64,000 nucleotides of DNA from positions 1 to 64,000 of the forward strand of contig JAZNAU010000002.1 in the NCBI GenBank assembly GCA_045586685.1. Reading direction: 5' to 3'. This DNA is from Clostridia bacterium. GTDB taxonomy: Bacteria > Bacillota > Clostridia > HGM11514. The number at the start of each line of letters is the position of its first letter. Position 1 is the first letter of the stretch. A program made the position numbers and the translations under genes. Of this stretch, positions 20,468 through 29,986 are shown one piece after another. The notes under the pieces were generated by a model. The model did not search any database. It was given only the letters and a program-made list of their open reading frames with translations, and had not been told where the DNA came from.

Positions 20468-21919
20468 CTATTTAAACTGATACAACTGATAAATCACCAC
20501 AGCTGCCTGTGCACGGGTGGCATTTTCCTCCGGACCGAACCGTCCGTCCCCCATGCCATTGATCACACCACCCTGTTGCATTGTCCGAATAGCATCTTTT
20601 GCATAATCAGAAATTTGATCTTCATCGGTAAAGATAAGCTTATCTGTACTATCAGGAATTGTTACTTTTGCAATATGGGCAGTACGGTATGCCATTGCCG
20701 CCATTTCCTGACGGGTAATCAATGCATCCGGACGGAAGGTGTTATCCTCATACCCCGCTGTAATACCACACTTTTTTGCACTTGCAACTGCAGTGTAATA
20801 CCATTCTCCCGGAGGCACATCAGAAAAATCACTAACCGTAGTTTCATCCAGTAAGTGAAATGCTCTTGTCAGCATTGCAACAAATTGTGCACGGGTAACG
20901 TGGCCGTCAGGTAAATAAATTTCATCAGATTCACCGCTGACAATTCCTTCCGTTGCCAAAGCAATGATTATATCTTTCGCCCAGGGAACAGAATCCAAAT
21001 CTGTAAAGGTACTCTCCGGTTTCACAACCTCTTCCGATTCAGAGGGTTCTTCCCCAATCGTTTCTTTAGCATCTTCTTTGGGAGATACCGTTACCTCTAA
21101 CAGAGAAAACAATCCCAAATGATTGTTATATCCTTCTTCCTCCTGTAATGTTCCCCGAAACAGGTACGTGCCGGGAGTTGACCCATCATAAGAAGACATG
21201 AACCCTGTCCAACTCATCCCAAATTCCTTTACGGAGCCGTCATCCAGCTTAACAGAAACAGTGTTGGGAAGGTAATGAGCAATCTCCTCTGTGCCGTAAG
21301 GAACGGTAATGGCGTCAATGGGGAGAATTTCAGAAACCAAAGCATCTCCTTTTTCGCCAATTACATGTGAAATCTTTTCGTGGCTAAAGGAAGCCGCTTT
21401 CAAAGCATTTCCTAAATAAAGCTCTGCACCGTCCTCCGCATTGGGGACAAAAGCAGGCGACACATTCCGTTCAGCAATTTGCAGATTCAAATCTCCCTGT
21501 CCTATTACCTCAAAGGTTACGCTAAATAACTCCAGCTTTCCTTCCGAAAGCTGAAAGCCGGATTCAGAAAAACGTTCAGGCAGCATACCGATTGCACATC
21601 GTGCCAAGCCCTTTTTGGCGTCAATATTTTTATAAATTTGTGTCATGACACCACTTTCTGTTAAAATCTTACTCATGGTAGGTTCAGCCGTGCATTGTAA
21701 AACAGTCGGATTAAAATACAACACCACATCAGAAGCAAGGTACTGCTTTGCTGTAACATCTTCCAAGCCTATCTTCACCGTTATCGTATCTCCCACTTGC
21801 GCAGGGACAGAATCCATAGAAATTACGATCCTTGCCCCATCCTCTTCCGCCAGAGCTATACAGGATAATGTAGCAATCATCGTCATCATCAGTAAAAGGC
21901 ATAATGGTTTCTTTTTCAT
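20468..21919 (-). CDS. Cell-surface protein: signal peptide, cohesin-like domain, Big_4 domain, three SLH domains
   Basis: VGDTITVKI...FNPTVLQ...LFSVTFEV cohesin pattern; LPNTVSV...W...PGTY Big_4; SLH motifs VTRAQF, ITRQEMA, ATRAQAA. Confidence 0.78.
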   Translation of the reverse strand: MKKKPLCLLLMMTMIATLSCIALAEEDGARIVISMDSVPAQVGDTITVKIGLEDVTAKQYLASDVVLYFNPTVLQCTAEPTMSKILTESGVMTQIYKNIDAKKGLARCAIGMLPERFSESGFQLSEGKLELFSVTFEVIGQGDLNLQIAERNVSPAFVPNAEDGAELYLGNALKAASFSHEKISHVIGEKGDALVSEILPIDAITVPYGTEEIAHYLPNTVSVKLDDGSVKEFGMSWTGFMSSYDGSTPGTYLFRGTLQEEEGYNNHLGLFSLLEVTVSPKEDAKETIGEEPSESEEVVKPESTFTDLDSVPWAKDIIIALATEGIVSGESDEIYLPDGHVTRAQFVAMLTRAFHLLDETTVSDFSDVPPGEWYYTAVASAKKCGITAGYEDNTFRPDALITRQEMAAMAYRTAHIAKVTIPDSTDKLIFTDEDQISDYAKDAIRTMQQGGVINGMGDGRFGPEENATRAQAAVVIYQLYQFK

Positions 21920-21944
21920 TTTTCTTGCCTCCTAAAAAGCTTTT

Positions 21945-21979
21945 TAAAACAAATGGCTGCCTTAAATAAGACAGCCATT
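21945..21979 (-). terminator. Internal terminator after large SLH gene
   Basis: Minus strand AATGGCTGTCTTA-TT-TAAGGCAGCCATT-TGTTTT. Confidence 0.7.
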
Positions 21980-22005
21980 GATTATGTTTATTTATAAACT
22001 CAAAC

Positions 22006-24513
22006 TTACAGTTCGCACAGCTGATAGATAATAACTGCTGCTTGTGCTCTGTTAGCGGTTTGCTGAGGAGCAAAGTTGTTGTCTCCCATACCGTTGATAA
22101 TCTGAGCTGCTGCCAGCTTGTTAACAGCATCTTTTGCATATCCGGAAATCTGATCTGCATCACTGAAAGATACAGTTGTTTTAGCAGGAATATTGCGACC
22201 TACAGCTTCAGCAGCACGCAGAGTCATAATAGCCATTTCTTCACGGGTAATGGAGCTGTTAGGACGGAAGGAACCGTCTTCATAACCGGATACAATACCC
22301 AGAGCACTTGCAGTTTTTACTGCATTGTAGTACCATTCGCCTTGTGCTACGTCGGTAAATTCTTTTCCTGCACTGTTAGCGCTCAGCTTCATAGCTCTTA
22401 CTAACAAGCTTGCATATTCAGCTCTGGTTACATTGTCGCCAGGTGCATACAAAGTATCGGTTTTACCGGAAACAACACCGTTTGCAGCCAAGTCGCAAAT
22501 CATACGGGTTGCCCAAGAATAATCTGCTAAGTCGGTGAAAGGAATTACGATTTCACCAGAACCATTTCCGCTAAGAGATGCAATGGTGCTGGGATTCATA
22601 ACAACTTTCAAAGTAAAGGAACCTTCATTTCCTTCAGCATCGGTAGCGGTGATGGTAACAGTACCAGGGTTCTGACCAACCAGTTTTCCGTCAGCTGTTA
22701 CAAATGCAATGCTCTTATTAGTGGTAGTCCATGTAACTGCTTCTCTTGTTTCCAGAACATAAATCTGTCCGGTAAACATGGTCTTAGTAGTACCGTTAAT
22801 GATCCTGTTGTTCATGAGGATCATTACTTCGTCATAATATCCATCATCAGAAATACTATTACCTTTTACAGTTACTTGTACACTTACAGGATATTCATTG
22901 CTTCCAACTACACCATTCAAGGTATAAGTTCCTACTCTGTTTGCTTTCTGTGCCAGAGATTCTTCGTCCCAAACGATGGTTTCTGTACCGGTGGTACCAT
23001 CCTGATAGATAACATCAACATCTGTATCAAACAGTTCTACCAGATACAAAGAAGAACTGGTATTAACTTCTTGGTCCTCCAGAGCTGTTGTCACTTCAAC
23101 AACTTCTTTTTCCAAAGCTTCTTCTACTGTTACAGTTACTTCAATTGTGTTAGAAGCTAAGGTTACATTTGCAGGAAGAGTAATGGTACCAACAAAGGTA
23201 TAATCTCCTGCTGTTTCGGCATCAAAGTCTGCACATTCCCAAGTAATGAAAGCAGTAACAGTTCCTACGCCTTCCACTGCGATTTCAACAGTCTTGGGCA
23301 GTGTTGCAATAACATCTTCCTTGGTAGCTTCTTCTTCATAAGTTACTTCAATAGTATCATCAACAATAGTTGTAACCGTACCTTCAGTTTCTTCAGTGAC
23401 TTCCGCACTTACAACCAGAGTGCATTCAGCGGTTACTTCACCAGTATTCAGATATTTTGTGCCCAGATCCAATGTACCGGTAGCAGCTACATCACCGGTG
23501 GTAACACCTGCTTCGTATGTATATTCCCAATCAACAGGAACTTCTGCTTCAGCTTCGTTTTCCAGAATTACAACAACGGTATCAGGCAGTAACGCTTCAA
23601 TGTCTTCCTCGGTTGCACCGAAAGGTACATTGATAGAAGCGCTTTCAGCAGATGCAATTTCTGCTTTTTCTACAATAACAGTAACAGAAGCGCTCTGTCC
23701 ATTTACATCAATTCCGGTTGCATCCAAAGTACCAGTGAAGGTATAAGTTTCGGGAACTTCTGCATCGTAATCATCACAAGCCCATGTAACATCTACATCG
23801 TCGGTGCTTTCATCATCAAAGGTAGCAACAACGGTATCGGGCAGTTCATCGAGAACATCATCAACATCAGTATCAACCAATACAGAATATTCACCTTCGG
23901 GGTTTGCAACAGAAACAACCTTAGGCAGACCAATGCGGATTGCTTCGGTAATATCAGTTACATCAGCCAGTTCTGTTGAATTTCCACAGAAAATTTCTGT
24001 GCTTGCACCATCAATTTCAATACCGGTCAATCCGGTGCTTACAACTTTGAAACGAATTCCTGCCAAGGTGTAGTTTCCTTCAGGACAATCTACTTTTGCT
24101 TCCAGATCTGCAATCAAAGCACCATGTTTATTGGCAGCAAAATTGATTGTGCCTTCTACATTATCAATGGTAGTTAAGCTGTAATCAAAATAACCTGTTC
24201 CGTCTTTGTAAATATCAGCACAAGGAACCAAAGCATCCGCAACGGTTGTGGTTGCTTCCCCTGCTTCGTTTACAATTTGCAGAACCTCAGGGTCATAACT
24301 GATATTCAGCTGTGCAGCATACAATTGATTTGCAGCAATATCAGTCAGTTCAATATTGGCAACAAAAGTGTTGTCGGCTTCCAGTGCAGAAGTATCAACA
24401 TCTGCAACAATTGCAACATTCACAGTATCAGCATCTGCAGCAACAGTGAATGCAAAGCTCATTAAGGACAGTGCCAGAACGAGCAAAAGTGAAATACCTT
24501 TTTTGAGTTTCAT
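22006..24513 (-). CDS. Probable major surface-layer protein: signal peptide, type II-like cohesin, 4x Big_4, Big_2, three SLH domains
   Basis: AAQLNISYDPEVLQIV...GTINFA...LAGIRFKV cohesin; four LP.TV...W...Y.F.GT-type repeats; WTTTNKSIAFV...PGTVTITAT; SLH VTRAEY, ITREEMA, ANRAQAA; very acidic. Confidence 0.82.
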   Translation of the reverse strand: MKLKKGISLLLVLALSLMSFAFTVAADADTVNVAIVADVDTSALEADNTFVANIELTDIAANQLYAAQLNISYDPEVLQIVNEAGEATTTVADALVPCADIYKDGTGYFDYSLTTIDNVEGTINFAANKHGALIADLEAKVDCPEGNYTLAGIRFKVVSTGLTGIEIDGASTEIFCGNSTELADVTDITEAIRIGLPKVVSVANPEGEYSVLVDTDVDDVLDELPDTVVATFDDESTDDVDVTWACDDYDAEVPETYTFTGTLDATGIDVNGQSASVTVIVEKAEIASAESASINVPFGATEEDIEALLPDTVVVILENEAEAEVPVDWEYTYEAGVTTGDVAATGTLDLGTKYLNTGEVTAECTLVVSAEVTEETEGTVTTIVDDTIEVTYEEEATKEDVIATLPKTVEIAVEGVGTVTAFITWECADFDAETAGDYTFVGTITLPANVTLASNTIEVTVTVEEALEKEVVEVTTALEDQEVNTSSSLYLVELFDTDVDVIYQDGTTGTETIVWDEESLAQKANRVGTYTLNGVVGSNEYPVSVQVTVKGNSISDDGYYDEVMILMNNRIINGTTKTMFTGQIYVLETREAVTWTTTNKSIAFVTADGKLVGQNPGTVTITATDAEGNEGSFTLKVVMNPSTIASLSGNGSGEIVIPFTDLADYSWATRMICDLAANGVVSGKTDTLYAPGDNVTRAEYASLLVRAMKLSANSAGKEFTDVAQGEWYYNAVKTASALGIVSGYEDGSFRPNSSITREEMAIMTLRAAEAVGRNIPAKTTVSFSDADQISGYAKDAVNKLAAAQIINGMGDNNFAPQQTANRAQAAVIIYQLCEL

Positions 24514-24578
24514 AAATTTTTCCTCTCTTCTTTAATTTTTTATGTTAATCATTACTTTCGTAATTCCATTAACCGTAT

Positions 24579-25115
24579 TTATTTCCCAAAATTTGTTACA
24601 ACAAGCTGATAGTCCAGCATAGAAACCTTTCCATCCCCACTTGCATCACCGACAGAGGTGATTTTCCCAAAGTTTGTAACAACCATTTGATAATCCAACA
24701 TGGTTACTTTTCCATCGCCGCTCACATCGCCGGGTTTATTCCCAAAATAAAGGGGTGTATTTTTTACAGTTGCAACTTCCGTTCCGCCTACATACGCGGT
24801 GAAACTGTCGCCCGAAAAGTTATCCTGATTGATTGCTAAAGAAAATGCAAAGGTGCCGTCTTCTTCCACAGGAATCTGATTCACATAAGCAATGTTACTA
24901 TCAGTCATATTACTCAGAGAAGAATCGATTACAAGAATAGTAACCTGTGTGTCTGCTACAGGATTACTAACCTTACCGGACACTACTGCCTCTTTCTCTT
25001 CCTTGTCTGTGGTAGGCTTATCCAACTGGATTGTTGGTGCAGCCGCAAAAACACTACAGGATAGTATCATTACAAAAACAATCACCAAGGAAACAACCTT
25101 TAAATGTGTTTTCAT
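24579..25115 (-). CDS. Small secreted protein: Ig-like/X module plus C-terminal dockerin
   Basis: Signal peptide; twin GD(V/A)SGDGKV(T/S)MLDYQ(M/L)VVTNFGK Ca-binding repeats; AAGGAGG RBS. Confidence 0.85.
   Translation of the reverse strand: MKTHLKVVSLVIVFVMILSCSVFAAAPTIQLDKPTTDKEEKEAVVSGKVSNPVADTQVTILVIDSSLSNMTDSNIAYVNQIPVEEDGTFAFSLAINQDNFSGDSFTAYVGGTEVATVKNTPLYFGNKPGDVSGDGKVTMLDYQMVVTNFGKITSVGDASGDGKVSMLDYQLVVTNFGK
24582..24731 (-). repeat. Tandem 69-bp dockerin repeats
   Basis: 24582-24650 and 24663-24731 encode 23-aa repeats identical at 20 positions. Confidence 0.9.
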
Positions 25116-25169
25116 TTCGTTTCCTCCTTTTTTGGCTTAAAAACAACAAAAGAGTTGATACGTATTATT

Positions 25170-25198
25170 ATTATAACACTAAAACTTTACTTTTGCAA
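25170..25198 (-). promoter_or_regulatory. SigA promoter of dockerin/S-layer operon
   Basis: TTGCAA-17-TATAAT with extended TG on minus strand; AT-rich upstream. Confidence 0.65.
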
Positions 25199-25861
25199 GT
25201 GTTTTATGTTAAAATTATGTTTCATTTTTGTTTTTTTCCCATCTCGAGAGAATATTCCCAATAAAAAGCCTTGCTTGATACAAATTTTTGCTTCATCTTG
25301 AACAATTTCGTTACTAATCCCTAAGCTGTCTGCCAAATAATAGGTTGTATTTTCTACCGGATAAGAAACTCCTTCTACTGTAACTCCCTGTACATCTCCC
25401 CCTATGGGAAGAAGAGACAGATACCAGCCCTCCCGCTTGGGAAGTGTCATTTCTCCAAAAACCAGAAAGGCTTCATTGTTTTCATCCCGAAGAATTCCCT
25501 TTCCGCCCTTCTCGTGAATATACTTTAATAAGTAAAAATTGGAAAGGCTGTGATCCCAGCGAGAGCCAACACCCCCTAAAATCCAAATTTCCTCACATCC
25601 CTGCCCCAGACAGTAATCTGACGCCAAAAAAGAATCTGTTGCATCCTTTCTAACGGGATAAGTCATTGTAGGAAGATTGGGCAATGTGCCTTCGTAAGAA
25701 TCAAAATCTCCGATTAACATATGTGGCGTAAGCCCCAAGGCCTCTGCATGACGGTATCCTCCGTCTGCACACACAAGCAATGCATCCTCTCGAATGGGAA
25801 GTTGTGTGTAAAATCCAAGGTTGTCCAGCTCTCCGGCACAAAAAATAACTGCCTGTTTCAT
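25187..25861 (-). CDS. thiN: Thiamine diphosphokinase
   Basis: CADGG, IGDFDS, KDATD, GSRWDH, GISNE; follows rpe. Confidence 0.92.
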   Translation of the reverse strand: MKQAVIFCAGELDNLGFYTQLPIREDALLVCADGGYRHAEALGLTPHMLIGDFDSYEGTLPNLPTMTYPVRKDATDSFLASDYCLGQGCEEIWILGGVGSRWDHSLSNFYLLKYIHEKGGKGILRDENNEAFLVFGEMTLPKREGWYLSLLPIGGDVQGVTVEGVSYPVENTTYYLADSLGISNEIVQDEAKICIKQGFLLGIFSRDGKKTKMKHNFNIKHLQK

Positions 25862-26505
25862 ACCATGATCTCCAAAAATCGTTCTACAGTTCCCTTGATA
25901 TCCCCCTGACCGAACACTGCAGAACCTGCCACAATCACGTTGGCTCCCGCGTCCAAAACTTCTTTCAAATTGTCCAATCCTACACCGCCATCAACCTCCA
26001 AATCCACCTGACGGGAACCAATCATTTCTTTGACCCGACGAATTTTATCCGTTATTTCAGGAATGTATTTCTGTCCTCCAAAACCGGGATTTACTGACAT
26101 AAGCAACACCAGATCCGCTTCATTTAACACATAAGACAAACAACTTTCGTGGGTAGAAGGATTCAGGGCAATTCCCGCTTTTTTCCCGCACTCGTGAATC
26201 TGCTGAATCACACGATGAGAATGAGGGGTGGCTTCTGTATGAAAAGTAATGATATCCGCTCCTGCCTCTGCAAACCGTTCTATGTACTGTTCCGGATTGG
26301 AAATCATTAGATGCACATCAAATATCATACCGCTTTTTTTTCGCAAATCCGCAATCACGGGAAGTCCGAAAGAAAGGTTGGGAACAAAATGTCCATCCAT
26401 TACATCCAGATGTAAGTACTGTGCTCCGCCCTGTTCTGCCTGCAAAACCTGCTGTTCCAGACGGGAAAAGTCACAAGAAAGGATAGAAGGGGATAAAATA
26501 TTCAT
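25858..26505 (-). CDS. rpe: Ribulose-phosphate 3-epimerase
   Basis: HLDVMDGHFVPN, DVHLM, MSVNPGFGGQ, EVDGG. Confidence 0.97.
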   Translation of the reverse strand: MNILSPSILSCDFSRLEQQVLQAEQGGAQYLHLDVMDGHFVPNLSFGLPVIADLRKKSGMIFDVHLMISNPEQYIERFAEAGADIITFHTEATPHSHRVIQQIHECGKKAGIALNPSTHESCLSYVLNEADLVLLMSVNPGFGGQKYIPEITDKIRRVKEMIGSRQVDLEVDGGVGLDNLKEVLDAGANVIVAGSAVFGQGDIKGTVERFLEIMV

Positions 26506-26516
26506 GACGACATCTC

Positions 26517-27377
26517 CTATTTCCATTTTTTATATTCTTTCAGTTGACCATATAACTTTCGGTAGCTTTCCAGACGGAAGGAACTGACAAGCCCCTGCTT
26601 GACTGCATCTGCCACCGCGCAATCTGGCTCTCCAATATGGTTACAGCCTCGGAATCGACAATGCTCTTCAAAAGAAGAAAACTCCGGAAAATACTGTTTT
26701 AACTCATTTTGTTCCATTTGGTCCACCTCGAAGGAACCAAATCCGGGGGTATCCATCACGTAACCGCCATGGGGCAACTCCATCAGCTCTGCGTGGCGAG
26801 TGGTATGCCGACCTCGCTCAATTTTACTCACAGAGCCGGTTTCCAAATCAGCCTCGGGTAAAATGCAGTTTAGCAGACTGGATTTGCCCACACCGGAATT
26901 TCCGGCAAAGGCGGATGTCTTATCTTTTAAAACTCGGGACAGCTCCTCCATGCCGATTCCTCTTTCTGCACTGACACAAAATACAGGATATCCGCATTTT
27001 TTATAGGAAGAAATCAAGTCGCTCTCCCCTGACAAATCTGTTTTATTAAAGCAGATCACAGCCGGAATCCCCCGAACCTCTGCCGCTACCAGCATCTTAT
27101 CAAGAAGAACGGGATCCGGATCGGGAGAACATACTGCTGCCACAATGACAATCTGATCCAAGTTGGAAACCGCCGGTCTTATTAACTCATTTTTTCTGGG
27201 CAAAACCTTGGAAAGAGCCGGATTTCCGGCCCTGTCCATTTCCAATTCTACATAATCGCCCACCAAGGGGGTGACGCCTAAATTCCGAAGCACACCTCTG
27301 GCACGGCATTCAATCAATTCGTTTTGTGTTCTGACATAATAGAATCCGCCGATTCCTTTTACGATCCGTCCCTGCAT
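26517..27377 (-). CDS. rsgA: Ribosome small-subunit-dependent GTPase A
   Basis: NKTD, GNSGVGKSS, GRHTT, DTPG, C-terminal Zn finger. Confidence 0.96.
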   Translation of the reverse strand: MQGRIVKGIGGFYYVRTQNELIECRARGVLRNLGVTPLVGDYVELEMDRAGNPALSKVLPRKNELIRPAVSNLDQIVIVAAVCSPDPDPVLLDKMLVAAEVRGIPAVICFNKTDLSGESDLISSYKKCGYPVFCVSAERGIGMEELSRVLKDKTSAFAGNSGVGKSSLLNCILPEADLETGSVSKIERGRHTTRHAELMELPHGGYVMDTPGFGSFEVDQMEQNELKQYFPEFSSFEEHCRFRGCNHIGEPDCAVADAVKQGLVSSFRLESYRKLYGQLKEYKKWK

Positions 27378-29254
27378 TATTCCACCACGTTTTCGTTGCC
27401 TTCTGTTGTTGTCTCCTCTATAACCTCCTGAGGTTCAGGAGTAATCTGAACAGGTTCGGAAGCAGGTTCAATTACTTCCGGTTCCGGAGCTGTAGTAACT
27501 TCCGGTTCGGGCGTTTTTTCGCTTTCACCGCTGCTGATAATAATGCTGACCGATTCTCCCTCTTTGATTTCAGACTGATATCCAGGGTCCTGTCCAATAA
27601 CGGTTCCCACAGGTTCATCGGAATCCTTCACGGTAACACCGCCAAGCTTTAAACCTACTTCCTTCAGTGCATTTTTCGCTTGGGTCTGGCTCATTCCAAT
27701 CAAGTAGGGTACGAAGGATTCTTCTTTTTCCTCGCCCTTGCTTACATACAAAATAATCTGTGTATCAGCATCCACTGCAGTTCCGGCTTTCGGAATCTGA
27801 CGGATAATGCCATTTCTGGTAACAGAATCACTGTATTCCTCTATCACTTCATAAGAAAGACCCAGCTTTGCCAATGCTTTTTTCGCATCTGTCAAGGTTT
27901 TTCCGGAAAAGCTTGGCATCTTATCTTCTGTTTCCTTTTTTCCATTACTTACAATCACTTTAATCTTAATTTTTCCCTTTCCTGCCTTGCTTCCGGCTTT
28001 GGGAGACTGAGCGGTTATTACGCCTTCATCATACTTGTCGGAGGGAACACGGTCTTCTTCTTCAACAATTTCCACCAGTTCCTCTTCCTCGTACTGGTCC
28101 AATACCTTTTCAAGCTCTTTTCCTACAAGATTGGGAATTCGGGTAATTTTCTGTTCCGAAGAACCACCAAAAAATCCCGGGTCAAGCCAGTTAACAATGG
28201 CCGCTGTCAATGCGCCTACCAAAATAACTGCTACGATAATGGCTGCCATCATAGGCTTTTTGTTTTCTTGTTTTATTTTTTTTCTTTTCCGACTGTCTGA
28301 TGTACGACTCATATCGCCACCTCTTTCTTCGGTATTTTTCTTTTCGCGAAGCTCTTTCACTTCTTTTTTCAAGTCTTCCGTATTGATTTTACGAGTTTCA
28401 TATTCTTTTCGATAGGTTGACTCGCCGCCTCCCTGATTCATCTGAATCCGTTGCAGACTTTCCAGCATTTCTCCTGCGGACTGGAACCGCTGTGCCTGTT
28501 CCTTGCTCATTGCCTTTAAGCAAGCCTCCTCCAACGCTGCAGGAATAGACAAAACCAGTTCTCTGGGAGGAGTGGGTTTTTGCTGCATGTGCATAATCGC
28601 AACAGAAACAGGATTTTCATGAATAAAGGGAAGCTTTCCTGTCATCATTTCATACAGTACAATGCCGATAGAATAAATATCTGTTTTCCCGTCCACATAC
28701 CCCCCTCTTGCCTGTTCGGGTGAAATATACTCTACCGTACCGATTCCGTTTTTTCCGTCCTGAGTCTGTCCGTTTTTGTTCAGATTCCGTGCAATGCCGA
28801 AATCCATCACCTTGAGTACATTGTTGTCGCAAACCATAATATTCTGAGGCTTGATATCCCTATGTACAATTCCGTTTTTATGTGCACAGTCAATAGCCTG
28901 ACAAATCTGAACCGTAAAATCCAATGCCTGCCGCCAGGAAAGAACCCCGTTTTCTTCAATATATTTCTTCAGGGTAATCCCCTCGACATATTCCATTACA
29001 ATATAATGAACGCCTTTTTCGCATCCTACATCAAAAATAGAAACAATATTCGGATGGGTCAGGCTTGCAGCCGCCTGTGCCTCTGTATTAAACCGGGCAA
29101 TAAATTCTTTATCTTCCCGATATTCATTTCGCAGTACTTTAATTGCCACATAACGGTTTAATACCGTACAACGGGCTTTGTACACTTCTGCCATACCGCC
29201 GCCGCCAATTTGTTTGATCACTTGATAACGACCTTCCAGTATTTTTCCAACCAT
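27377..29254 (-). CDS. prkC: PASTA-domain Ser/Thr kinase (PrkC/Stk1)
   Basis: GGGGMAEVY, HRDIKPQN, DFGIA, TM helix, three PASTA repeats. Confidence 0.95.
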   Translation of the reverse strand: MVGKILEGRYQVIKQIGGGGMAEVYKARCTVLNRYVAIKVLRNEYREDKEFIARFNTEAQAAASLTHPNIVSIFDVGCEKGVHYIVMEYVEGITLKKYIEENGVLSWRQALDFTVQICQAIDCAHKNGIVHRDIKPQNIMVCDNNVLKVMDFGIARNLNKNGQTQDGKNGIGTVEYISPEQARGGYVDGKTDIYSIGIVLYEMMTGKLPFIHENPVSVAIMHMQQKPTPPRELVLSIPAALEEACLKAMSKEQAQRFQSAGEMLESLQRIQMNQGGGESTYRKEYETRKINTEDLKKEVKELREKKNTEERGGDMSRTSDSRKRKKIKQENKKPMMAAIIVAVILVGALTAAIVNWLDPGFFGGSSEQKITRIPNLVGKELEKVLDQYEEEELVEIVEEEDRVPSDKYDEGVITAQSPKAGSKAGKGKIKIKVIVSNGKKETEDKMPSFSGKTLTDAKKALAKLGLSYEVIEEYSDSVTRNGIIRQIPKAGTAVDADTQIILYVSKGEEKEESFVPYLIGMSQTQAKNALKEVGLKLGGVTVKDSDEPVGTVIGQDPGYQSEIKEGESVSIIISSGESEKTPEPEVTTAPEPEVIEPASEPVQITPEPQEVIEETTTEGNENVVE

Positions 29255-29257
29255 TTA

Positions 29258-29986
29258 TTACCCCTCCTTTTTTTGTACAGCGGCAATCATTGTGATATTG
29301 TCATAACCGCCATTTTCATTTGCCATAGAAACCAAACTGTCAAGACGTTCCTCCAAGGGTGAATCTGACCACATGACCGATGCAATTTCCTCCTCGGTGA
29401 CCATTCCGGTCAATCCGTCAGAACAAAGAAGAATCATGTCCTCCGGCTCCAATTCACAGTGAAACACATCTGTCTGCACCGTTCGTTCCGTCCCTAAGGC
29501 ACGGGTAATGACATTTTTCTGAGGGTGTTGCATGGCCTCTTCTTCGGTAATCTCTCCCTGACGGAGCAATTCCATGACAAGAGAATGATCCTCCGTCACC
29601 TGCTCCATTCCGTCCAATCCCAACAAATAAGCACGGCTATCTCCCACGTTGGCAAAATATGCTTCGTTTTCCTTGACCAAGCAAATCACCGCAGTGGTTC
29701 CCATAGCAGCACATTGAGGATCCTCTTTTGCACGCTGATATATCTCGCCATTTGCAAATTGCATGGCATTTTCCAAAAGCTGAGGAATGGATTCACCTTT
29801 CAAATTCTCTGTTATGTATTCCTGAATTTTCCGAACCGCCGTTTCCGAGGCAACTTCACCTGCTTTGTGCCCGCCCATGCCGTCTGCCACAATCAGCAAA
29901 TTGCATCCGTTCAGTTCCTTCACTGCAAAACTATCTTCATTTAGTTCCCGCACCATTCCGCGGTGGCTTTTTGCACACAACTCCAT
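29258..29986 (-). CDS. prpC: PP2C Ser/Thr phosphatase (PrpC/Stp1)
   Basis: RELNED, ADGMGGH, VGDSRAY, CSDGL, GGYDN. Confidence 0.95.
   Translation of the reverse strand: MELCAKSHRGMVRELNEDSFAVKELNGCNLLIVADGMGGHKAGEVASETAVRKIQEYITENLKGESIPQLLENAMQFANGEIYQRAKEDPQCAAMGTTAVICLVKENEAYFANVGDSRAYLLGLDGMEQVTEDHSLVMELLRQGEITEEEAMQHPQKNVITRALGTERTVQTDVFHCELEPEDMILLCSDGLTGMVTEEEIASVMWSDSPLEERLDSLVSMANENGGYDNITMIAAVQKKEG

Noticed and set aside
24582-24731. Tandem repeat as CRISPR array or DGR template/variable pair
   Set aside because: Two in-frame coding copies with largely synonymous differences; no cas or reverse transcriptase gene
20468-25115. Classical cellulosome cluster
   Set aside because: No multi-cohesin scaffoldin, CBM3 or glycoside hydrolase recognised in the window
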